NCBI GenBank assembly: GCA_036725105.1
Contig: DAIMET010000003.1
Location: 13,461-77,460, forward strand
Length of the DNA stretch: 64,000 bases
Direction of reading: 5' to 3'
Origin: Calditrichota bacterium
GTDB lineage: Bacteria; Caldisericota; Caldisericia; UBA6126
Shown: positions 47,901-54,917 of the stretch, piece by piece
Layout of the letters: every line of letters begins with the position of its first letter
Numbering within the stretch: position 1 is the stretch's first letter
Made by a program: the position numbers and the translations under genes
Notes under the pieces: generated by a model
Seen by the model: only the letters and a program-made list of their open reading frames with translations
What the model was told of the DNA's origin: nothing
Database searches by the model: none

Positions 47901-48660
47901 GATTGCTGCTGGCAAATACGGTAATTCTTTAGGACAAACCAAAATCATTATGGATGCTATTACAAAGAAGATTGAACGAATAACTTTACACAATCAATAC
48001 TCATATGTTGATGATATGGAACCTTCTGCTACTTCATTCGAGATTCAAAGCGAATACAAAAAACAGTATGAAACTGAATTACAGGAGATTATTGGAAAAT
48101 CCAATAATGGAATGAAAATAAGTTTCGGTGGAGAATCCCCTCTTGGAAATCTGATTTCCGATGTGATGCTTTATACAATGGAAGACGATGGTGCTCAGGT
48201 TGCCTGCATCACTCCTAACCTGATTAAAGAAAACATTGATGCTGGTGATATAACTGCTGAAGAAATCTATGCTGTTCTACCCAAAGACGAAGATCTGGTA
48301 TTAATTGAAATGCTAGGCGAAGACTTATTGATGGTTTTTGAACACGGCTGTACTTTTAGCTCTGGAATGGTGCAAGTTTCAGGTGCTACATTTGCATATG
48401 ACAATCTTCGTTTTCTCTATGATCGAATCGTAGAATGCAAGATTAATGGTGTAGGCGAACTTGTCTATGAAGATACATATAAAGTTGTCACTACTGAATC
48501 GATGCGAAGAGGTCTTGATGGCTACGAATGGTTTGCTAATGGCAAAGTAGTTAAGTATTATAACAAAACACTTCGCGAAAGTTTATTCGAGTATATCGAA
48601 AAAGAAGGCACCGTTGATCGTGGAATCGAAGATCGTATTGTATTAGTATATACTGGTTAA
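44995..48660 (+). CDS. Cell-wall-anchored protein: 5'-nucleotidase/UshA-like module, 3 SLH repeats, second 5'-nucleotidase-like module (metal ligands substituted in both)
   Basis: I chose the GTG at 44995, which lies 5 nt after the GGAGG. A signal peptide is present. The SLH repeats lie at about nt 46660-47205 (ITRAEYTTVVL, ITRQEAMIELV, ISRAETATIVF). The UshA-like blocks read CTGNVRGQ/DAGNTLFGS and GSTGNVANE/DAGNFLMGS. Confidence 0.8.
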   Translation: MLKSIKRIVSVTLTLLMACSIVFVNMPKTSALDIFPFVVLCTGNVRGQLTPFEYGPNVNEGGLSKIATVVKNIRKETEDREGYHMTIDAGNTLFGSDLATYYTQKPMAGKPHPVVAVMNELSYDAAGYSSLDFSMPPQIRDARKRESDFTWVCTNAYRSGSLYASDHRMLVYDVPNSAHVLKIAIISLPDPSRQNAIPPESISGLEFYDPIEEVVRSSDVLKEIERADFIILLTDMKWETDPEKRENSFLNELLFRSRIDICITTADDTIPGEQVVYPDSDEFPEHDVLISSPGRYGLGLSRIELMLEKCKCPVKPYEVMKKENGNRMITGKVVKIGQAISEDQEVRTLINSYKKNASNTFNELVGTAAQTFTFSGSTYRPTSLPNLMLDTMISVTQTPLAICQPSEILHNLNKGPLTYGDIYSIVASEDTVYKVSLSGKTIKDTLEDVGNSLAFGIESAGISTKGFSYRMDLRKPDGQKIIDLKVLGKPIEPNKNYDVAVTAGLICGSGRPDSLANVGIKENSRKTIRRALVDALYDMPNKTISPVTSGTWYVVPDYLDHWGEEPISFLVDKNVIKGYTDGSFKPNNDITRAEYTTVVLNAYNIPQIKPKTPSFKDVKTSDWFYGIVEGAHAKKMIPFATNDLFMPNKPITRQEAMIELVIAYRNNPEPPEISDQSLNLFKEKVKDWQSISKLALPFMIFAYENNLITGYSDGTIRPEKSISRAETATIVFRAHYPVIMIGSTGNVANEIRSLYRDPNEDRPIGGFASVASYFDQLSKRNPNFMAIDAGNFLMGSSLSYLTKGEYVVKQYEPMNYGAIGLSDEDFFYGFEYLDLINKYIDIVAADIYSKDTGKALYKDSIIHELSGIKIGITGVTGFSIEKPYIHPEVLEKIEIKDSVESANKMLQSLVNEGSNITVLTVGMDSRVNLDNELSPVLVKFIDQLNPKPSFIIALNGDFGYKFNHDGIPVIAAGKYGNSLGQTKIIMDAITKKIERITLHNQYSYVDDMEPSATSFEIQSEYKKQYETELQEIIGKSNNGMKISFGGESPLGNLISDVMLYTMEDDGAQVACITPNLIKENIDAGDITAEEIYAVLPKDEDLVLIEMLGEDLLMVFEHGCTFSSGMVQVSGATFAYDNLRFLYDRIVECKINGVGELVYEDTYKVVTTESMRRGLDGYEWFANGKVVKYYNKTLRESLFEYIEKEGTVDRGIEDRIVLVYTG

Positions 48661-48675
48661 TGTATAGGAGGTATC

Positions 48676-49707
48676 ATGAGAGACATGATGAAACAGCTTT
48701 TTGTTCTATTTCTTGTTTTTACAGTCGGATCCGCTCTTTTAATGGGTTGCGGTGGTAATAATACTGACAATGGTTCTGTTGACAATGGAGGAACTTCACA
48801 AAATGAAACTCCAGGGGAAAAACCCGAAGATCTTACTGACACCATTGTGGAATGTCGTTTTGTTGATGCACAACCTACAATTGATGGAGTAGGCGATGAA
48901 GAAGTTTGGTCTAACATTGAACCAACCACTGTCGAACTCGAAAGCGGAATGTGGGTAGATGTGAAAACTTATTACGATAACGATAACATCTACTTTCTAT
49001 ATGATTGGATTTCTGATATGACCACTTCGCCCGACGATAGTACTGCTGGTCATTGGAAAAAAGATGATGACGGCAATTGGACATGGGATTCAAAAATGGA
49101 TGCTTTGTCTGTTGCTTGGGATTTAAGTGATATTCCCGAATTTTTAACTACCGGTTGTACCCCCCTTTGCCATGACCAATCAAACTCTTTAGACAATCGC
49201 TACATGGCCACGGAAATACCTGGTGATATCGTAGAACTTTGGGTGTGGAGTCCCGCAGTTAGTGGCATGAAGAATATTATGGCTTCTTACATTTTAACCG
49301 ATGTACCTGCTGGAACTGATACCGAAGATCCCAATTTTAATAACAAGATTGCCTGGGAAAAACTCCCGGGGGAATATGGTTTCTTTTACAACCGAGCTGA
49401 AGATGAAAAGAAACCCATGGAAGGTGATGAAGGCGCTCCGCTATACATCATCAATGATGAAAACCCTGAAGGCGAAGCTGCTCTGATCCAAGCTTTTGGT
49501 ATGTATGAATTTGGTGGATACAAACTTGAAGTTGCCAGACCCCGAAATCCATCTTCTCGTGATTTAACTCATTTTGAAGTAAGCGACAATGGGTATGCTG
49601 ATTTTTATTTTGCTATAGCAATGCATAGCATGGAGGAACGTGAAAACCATAAGACAGCTGAAACTGCCTCTACCCTCCGATTAATCGGAAAAAGTGTCGC
49701 TGAATAA
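48676..49707 (+). CDS. Lipoprotein with an EB_dh / cytochrome c-552-DMSO-reductase-like (DOMON-type) heme-binding domain
   Basis: The lipobox is LLMGC. PTIDGVGDEEVW, GCTPLCH, VELWVWS, YKLEVARPRN..RDLTHF and FAIAMH fit my recollection of the EB_dh family pattern. Confidence 0.6.
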   Translation: MRDMMKQLFVLFLVFTVGSALLMGCGGNNTDNGSVDNGGTSQNETPGEKPEDLTDTIVECRFVDAQPTIDGVGDEEVWSNIEPTTVELESGMWVDVKTYYDNDNIYFLYDWISDMTTSPDDSTAGHWKKDDDGNWTWDSKMDALSVAWDLSDIPEFLTTGCTPLCHDQSNSLDNRYMATEIPGDIVELWVWSPAVSGMKNIMASYILTDVPAGTDTEDPNFNNKIAWEKLPGEYGFFYNRAEDEKKPMEGDEGAPLYIINDENPEGEAALIQAFGMYEFGGYKLEVARPRNPSSRDLTHFEVSDNGYADFYFAIAMHSMEERENHKTAETASTLRLIGKSVAE

Positions 49708-49722
49708 TACAGGAGTGTTTTT

Positions 49723-51105
49723 ATGAATTTAAAAAAAGTTCTATCATTTTTTGTTGTTGCTATACTGCTTAGCAGTATCCAATTTATTCCAGGGAGCCTT
49801 AATTCTACTACAGAAGCTGCTTCTCCAGATAAAATTGGAATTTATACAAATTCTTTCGGTTACTATGTCTATGTCACTGATCCCATTCAAAACCGTGTAC
49901 TGAAGTATTCTACAGAAGGGATGTATTTATCCGTCATTATTCCAACCGTTGCCACTCACTCATCCGGGGAAAAATGGATTCTAAAGAAATGTGTCGACGT
50001 TGTAACTTGCCGTCTTACCGATGTAATCGGAGTTGCTGATGCACTTACCGGCCATTCCTTTATTTATGAGTTAAACGGACACACTCACCATAAAAACGGT
50101 GAAATGGGAACAGGCACTGGAAAACTTACAGAAATGTGGGATGTAGCTATGACTGAGATTGATGAAATCAAATCTCAAGCACTCCTTGACCGCAAACAAA
50201 GCAAAGTTTCCCATTGGACTCCACCACCCGGCGGAATTAAAGACCCACGCGACGGTACCTTTGTACGTGATTTTGGCAACACAGGTTCTGCAAACGAAAA
50301 ACTAAAGAATCCTGAAGGAATGTGTTATGCCAAAGATACAACTCTTTTAGTTGCTGATACTGGTAACAAACGCGTAGCCATTTACGATCTTAAAGGTCGA
50401 TACACTGGTGAAATTAAAGGTTCATTTGGAGATATTTGTGACATTGGTGTAGACTTTTTATCCTCCCAGGGAAACAAAATATACATTTTGGATCGCGGAT
50501 CAAAAAAGGTTCATGTCTATTCACACGACTATAAGTTTGTTAAATCTATTAATCTTCCCGGCATGGGTACCGCTTCTGCTCTTACCATTGATACTGAAAA
50601 CTTTATTTGGGTCACCGATATTGCTCAAAACAAAGTTTTCAAATATGATCAATCTGGGAAGCAGATGCTTGTTATCAATAACGCTATCAACCCTCCCAAC
50701 ACGACAAGAAAAATAGTTCGCGTTTACATCAAGAAATATATCATGATGGTGAACGATGATATTGCAAAACTAGATGCTCCACCATTTATTGATAAAGGTC
50801 GTACTTTTGTTCCCCTTCGCGCAATCTCTGAAGGCTTAGGCGCCGATGTTGGCTGGGAAGGAAAAGAACAGAAAGTGACTGTTAAACTTGGCAGCAATAC
50901 TGTGGAAATTTGGATTGGTAAAACCACTGGAAAAATTAACGGAAAACCTTATCAAATTCCCGATGGTGTTGCTCCAACTATTGTTCGCGGTAGAACTTTT
51001 GTCCCCATCCGTTTTGTTGCTGAAGCTTTAGATTGTTACGTAGGTTGGAATCCTAAAGATCTTCGATACAGTGCCTCTGCAGTAACTGTATATTATCCTA
51101 AATAA
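49723..51105 (+). CDS. Secreted NHL-repeat beta-propeller protein with a C-terminal copper-amine-oxidase-N-like 'stalk' domain
   Basis: A signal peptide is present. The NHL-like blades are VTDPIQNRVLKY, VADTGNKRVAIYD, ILDRGSKKVHVY and VTDIAQNKVFKYD. The C-terminus carries GRTFVPLRAISEGLGADVGW and GRTFVPIRFVAEALDCYVGW. Confidence 0.75.
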   Translation: MNLKKVLSFFVVAILLSSIQFIPGSLNSTTEAASPDKIGIYTNSFGYYVYVTDPIQNRVLKYSTEGMYLSVIIPTVATHSSGEKWILKKCVDVVTCRLTDVIGVADALTGHSFIYELNGHTHHKNGEMGTGTGKLTEMWDVAMTEIDEIKSQALLDRKQSKVSHWTPPPGGIKDPRDGTFVRDFGNTGSANEKLKNPEGMCYAKDTTLLVADTGNKRVAIYDLKGRYTGEIKGSFGDICDIGVDFLSSQGNKIYILDRGSKKVHVYSHDYKFVKSINLPGMGTASALTIDTENFIWVTDIAQNKVFKYDQSGKQMLVINNAINPPNTTRKIVRVYIKKYIMMVNDDIAKLDAPPFIDKGRTFVPLRAISEGLGADVGWEGKEQKVTVKLGSNTVEIWIGKTTGKINGKPYQIPDGVAPTIVRGRTFVPIRFVAEALDCYVGWNPKDLRYSASAVTVYYPK

Positions 51106-51118
51106 GAAATCTGATTTA

Positions 51119-51152
51119 ACTTCTCTCCACCACAAAAGTGGTGGAGAGAAGT
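51119..51152 (+). terminator. Strong hairpin after the NHL protein gene
   Basis: A perfect 15-bp stem pairs ACTTCTCTCCACCAC with GTGGTGGAGAGAAGT around a 4-nt AAAA loop, 14 nt after the stop. There is no clear T-tract. Confidence 0.55.
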
Positions 51153-51161
51153 ATCGCAAAC

Positions 51162-51857
51162 ATGAAGAAAAATACTTCAAAAAAACTCGGTAATCTACTC
51201 AACATTTCTGTATTGCTTATTTTCTTACTATTTGTTTTTTATTTTTATCATCGCAATTTATCACAATATACTATTCACAAAAATTCACCAAATCTCATTA
51301 TGGATGAGCACACCGTTCAAGATAATCTTATGAGAGTGTATGAAAAATCTGTTTTAAATCCTGACCATTCACCTTCATGGTTTCAAAACATTTCTTTTAA
51401 AACTATGAATTATCTAGCATTAGCTCCATTTAGCTCCAAAATGGTCTCTTATATTCATTCTAGACAAGATTGGGTTATGGATTGCTCAGAATGTGCGCTA
51501 GATGGATCATGTGAAGATTTAGAAAAAGAACAATATTTTTATCCAATCAGTATCAACTATGAAACCCTTGAAGAGATTCAAAATCGCTATCAAGAAATCT
51601 TTATTATTGATGTGCGACCTATAGATAAATGGGAAAAGGGACATATCCCTTCTTCTGTGCCTGTCCCACTAACAGACGTTGTTCCATACTTATTCCCAAT
51701 GAACCGCTGGCACGAGATTGTCATTGTAGGTGATAATTACCTTGAAACTAAATTAGCTGGTGAAGCTTTAATCCAACTGAATTTTCACAGAGTTTACCGG
51801 TTGACTCAACCTATAAGAAAATATCCAGGAAAATTGGACTCTATTGATGAAAACTAA
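51162..51857 (+). CDS. Membrane-anchored rhodanese-homology-domain protein lacking the catalytic Cys
   Basis: I chose the ATG at 51162, because the upstream GTG lies inside the hairpin. An N-terminal TM segment is present. IIDVRPIDKWEKGHIP is the rhodanese start. The active-site loop reads IVIVGDNYLETK with no Cys. A separate CSEC...C lies at nt 51483-51512. Confidence 0.7.
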   Translation: MKKNTSKKLGNLLNISVLLIFLLFVFYFYHRNLSQYTIHKNSPNLIMDEHTVQDNLMRVYEKSVLNPDHSPSWFQNISFKTMNYLALAPFSSKMVSYIHSRQDWVMDCSECALDGSCEDLEKEQYFYPISINYETLEEIQNRYQEIFIIDVRPIDKWEKGHIPSSVPVPLTDVVPYLFPMNRWHEIVIVGDNYLETKLAGEALIQLNFHRVYRLTQPIRKYPGKLDSIDEN

Positions 51858-52518
51858 AGATATCACCCTAGTAGGTGTTGTAAGTGCTGTTGGAGCAATA
51901 TTTTACTTAGCAACTGCTCCTTTTATTGAAACAACTGTACCTGTTATTGGCTGCATTATGCGACCCGTTGTATTTATTTCGTTTATTATGGCACGATTCC
52001 ACTTTGATACAAAAAGACTCTTATGGGTCGCCATATTGAGCACTTTTTTGTATTCCCTGATTATTCCTTGCTTCATCAATTATGTGTCCCTTCCTATCAG
52101 CATTATTTATGTTCTTATTGTTGCTGGTTTTCGCACAAAAATGAATGCTTTCTGGCTGACAATTGTTGGAACTGTTGTAGCTTTTATTGGTTTACTGCTT
52201 TTTACTTTTCTTTTTGCCACAAATGCAAGCGAATGGTTAATGTATTTGAAATATTTCTTTCCTGTTATTATACTAGGTGCTATTGTTGGTGCGTTACGAC
52301 AAAAATTTGGGAAATTCAGCTGCGTTGGTTGTGATTTATGCAACAAGCCTAATGCTGATGTTCATTTTGAAAAAAGAGAAAAAGAACGAAAACGTAAAAA
52401 AAATGAATCAACTCAAACAAAAGATAGTAATAATGATATGAATATTGATTTATCCAGTAACGTTTTTACTAAAGGAGACAAAGATTGTGGTAAGGATGCT
52501 AAGAAAAATGAAAAATAA
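51847..52518 (+). CDS. Six-TM membrane protein of unknown family with a cytoplasmic CxxCxxC and Lys-rich tail
   Basis: About six hydrophobic segments are present, with Cys in TM2 (VIGCIMRP) and TM3 (IIPCFIN). CVGCDLC lies at nt 52321-52341. The gene overlaps both neighbours. Confidence 0.6.
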   Translation: MKTKDITLVGVVSAVGAIFYLATAPFIETTVPVIGCIMRPVVFISFIMARFHFDTKRLLWVAILSTFLYSLIIPCFINYVSLPISIIYVLIVAGFRTKMNAFWLTIVGTVVAFIGLLLFTFLFATNASEWLMYLKYFFPVIILGAIVGALRQKFGKFSCVGCDLCNKPNADVHFEKREKERKRKKNESTQTKDSNNDMNIDLSSNVFTKGDKDCGKDAKKNEK

Positions 52519-53419
52519 GTGGATTGTTGTAGTACTTTCTTTTCTAGTTTTTTCCTCCTTTTACTCTACATTCGCTACTACCAAAACAGCATTTCCCTGT
52601 GATTTAACTTTTTACAAAAATAAATATGTTTTCAAGATTGAAGGGCATCCAGTCGAAATGCCTGTAAAAGTTTTTTTTGATGATGCATTACAATCGTATA
52701 TGATTCCCTTACGTTTCCTTGCTGATTCACTTCGATATACTGTTCAATGGGACTCAAATGAATCTATTGCTTATTTCTCTTCGGAACAAAATAATTTTTC
52801 TATCAAAATAAACGGACAAGATTCTCTTGGGATTCTATCAACATCACAAAATGCTGTGCACTTTATTCTACAACAAGATCGCATATATGCCGATGAAACA
52901 ACAGTAGCATACCTTTTCGAAATTGATTTAAAAGATTCTTTGGAACCATATACTGTTGTTTTTACGACAAAGCGTGATCGAATCTATATTCCTGCTCCTA
53001 ATTTCACATTGATGGATACCAAAGGACAACAATTCGATCTATATCAAGAATTAGAAAAACCAGAAAATGAATTTATTGTGCTCAACTTTTATGCCACTCG
53101 ATGTCCATTTTGCCTGAAAGCTCTTCCAATGCTTGTAGAGTTATCTAATGACTACACCGATAAAAACGTTTCTGTTGTTGGTGTGAACACCGATACTGCA
53201 GGTCAGGAAAAGGATCGGGATGAAAAATTAGAGAAATACCATGTTCAATACACCGTTGTTCAAGACATTAACAACTTAGTCTATGATCGATATCATGTAG
53301 CTGGAGTACCGAATTTTTATGTTGTGAATCAAGCACATGAGATTGTTTTTCACAGTTTAGTTGCCGACGAAAATCAAATCAAATTGCTTCGGCAATGGTT
53401 GGATTTAAATTTAAAATAG
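52496..53419 (+). CDS. Secreted TlpA/ResA-like thiol:disulfide oxidoreductase with an N-terminal copper-amine-oxidase-N-like domain
   Basis: A signal peptide is present. YMIPLRFLADSLRYTVQWD is stalk-like. The thioredoxin fold carries PNFTL.D..G and CPFC (nt 53102-53113). Start alternatives are the GTG at 52487 (AGGAG 9 nt upstream) and the ATG at 52508. Confidence 0.8.
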   Translation: MLRKMKNKWIVVVLSFLVFSSFYSTFATTKTAFPCDLTFYKNKYVFKIEGHPVEMPVKVFFDDALQSYMIPLRFLADSLRYTVQWDSNESIAYFSSEQNNFSIKINGQDSLGILSTSQNAVHFILQQDRIYADETTVAYLFEIDLKDSLEPYTVVFTTKRDRIYIPAPNFTLMDTKGQQFDLYQELEKPENEFIVLNFYATRCPFCLKALPMLVELSNDYTDKNVSVVGVNTDTAGQEKDRDEKLEKYHVQYTVVQDINNLVYDRYHVAGVPNFYVVNQAHEIVFHSLVADENQIKLLRQWLDLNLK

Positions 53420-53458
53420 CTTGCATGTAAGTAATTAACTTTATTGGAGGTATATACA

Positions 53459-53917
53459 ATGCTTAAGGAACGCATTAATGATGATTTTATGAAGGCTTAC
53501 AAGGCGAAAGACACGTTAAGGGCAGAACTGCTCAAAATGATTAAATCTGCAATTCAGTACAAAGAAGTCGATTTCAAAGCACAAAACAAAGAATTAACAG
53601 ATGATGATGTATTTAGCATTCTCAAAGCTGAAATCAAAAAGCACAAAGAATCGATTGATCAGTACGAACAAGCAGGTCGACACGAAGCTGCAGAAAAAGA
53701 AGAAAAGGAAATGAAGATGATTCAAGAATATCTTCCCGAAGTGATGCCGTTTGACGAAGTATACGAAAAAGTGAAATCTATGGTAGACATGGATGAGAAA
53801 AAAAACTCAATTGGACAATTAATGAAGGAAGCATTTGCTGCTCTTCGTAACGACGCAGATAGTGACGATATCAAAAAAGCAGTGAATCAACTTTGGGAGA
53901 ATGTCAAAAATTCATAG
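53459..53917 (+). CDS. yqeY: GatB/YqeY domain protein
   Basis: MLKERINDDFMKAYKAKDTLRAELLKMIKSAI is the YqeY signature. A GGAGG lies 7 nt upstream of the ATG at 53459. Confidence 0.88.
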   Translation: MLKERINDDFMKAYKAKDTLRAELLKMIKSAIQYKEVDFKAQNKELTDDDVFSILKAEIKKHKESIDQYEQAGRHEAAEKEEKEMKMIQEYLPEVMPFDEVYEKVKSMVDMDEKKNSIGQLMKEAFAALRNDADSDDIKKAVNQLWENVKNS

Positions 53918-54836
53918 ACACTGTTTTAAAAGGCGTATTAGTCTCATAAAATAGGTTTATGGCTTCAATATTTTTTGAAATCTTAAAAATTCCTGGGTGA
54001 TGAGTATGGCCGCAGAGTACTTTTCTTAGTTTTGGATGCATGACTACGAAATCACCCAGGAATTTACAACCCCGGTAAGCATTGTAAAACTCTTTTTCGT
54101 ACGATGAGTATCTACATATGCAATTCTCAAACAGTACATAGTGCGATAGAAATAGGAGATGATCAATAGATGATTCAATTTCTTGAAATTGTTGATTTAT
54201 TGTACTATAGCACATATGACAAAAGTCAATGTCATCCATACCCTTTGGCCACTTGATATAAAACAAATCATTCCACGCACATATTCGTATAGGGTTATGA
54301 TGCTCATCATTGGCCCATAATTGTTTACTTGCCAAATCTTCATATCTCATTTCAGACCAGAGAAATTGTTGATTCGAGCTTCGTCGAACAAATGTTAAGG
54401 ACTTGGAAACATGTGGTTCTACTGGAGAAAAAAAGGAGAAATCATACCACCCAATATTTCCAATAATGCCAACACGATTTGTAACAAAAGGTTCTTGGTC
54501 AAGATAATGAAAACCAGTTTTTTTACAGATTTCTGGTAGTACCGATGTATAGATTTCTAAGGAATCAAGCGATTTATAAGGAGAATCTATTAGTGATTTT
54601 TGTGACCAAATATCATGATTACCTGCAACATAAAGCTTTGGTATTTCCAACGAAGAGAACGTTGCAAGAAAGTTATGTAGTGTCAGAAGATTTTGCGAAA
54701 CATCGCCTAAAATAGCAAAAATAATTTCTTCAGAAGGATTTTGTGCCACGTAATCTTGAATTTGATTACATAGACTTGTTGGACTTGCACTTTTTTCCTT
54801 ATCAACATGTATATCTGATGTAACAAGGAGCTTCAT
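53904..54836 (-). CDS. Metallophosphoesterase with an intact ligand set
   Basis: SDIHVD, ILGDVS, GNHD and GHTHH are all present. I prefer the ATG at 54836 (GGAGA 10 nt upstream) to the ATG at 54845. Confidence 0.8.
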   Translation of the reverse strand: MKLLVTSDIHVDKEKSASPTSLCNQIQDYVAQNPSEEIIFAILGDVSQNLLTLHNFLATFSSLEIPKLYVAGNHDIWSQKSLIDSPYKSLDSLEIYTSVLPEICKKTGFHYLDQEPFVTNRVGIIGNIGWYDFSFFSPVEPHVSKSLTFVRRSSNQQFLWSEMRYEDLASKQLWANDEHHNPIRICAWNDLFYIKWPKGMDDIDFCHMCYSTINQQFQEIESSIDHLLFLSHYVLFENCICRYSSYEKEFYNAYRGCKFLGDFVVMHPKLRKVLCGHTHHPGIFKISKNIEAINLFYETNTPFKTVSMNF

Positions 54837-54853
54837 ATTAATCATTTCTCCTA

Positions 54854-54881
54854 CTGACCGAATTACGAAAAATGGTACAAT
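54854..54881 (+). promoter_or_regulatory. Candidate extended -10 promoter for the second subtilase
   Basis: CTGACC (54854-54859), a 16-nt spacer and TGgTACAAT (54873-54881) are present. GAGGA and the ATG at 54918 lie downstream. Confidence 0.4.
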
Positions 54882-54917
54882 ACTAACATCATATCACAAA
54901 AAGTGAGGAACCGTAAG

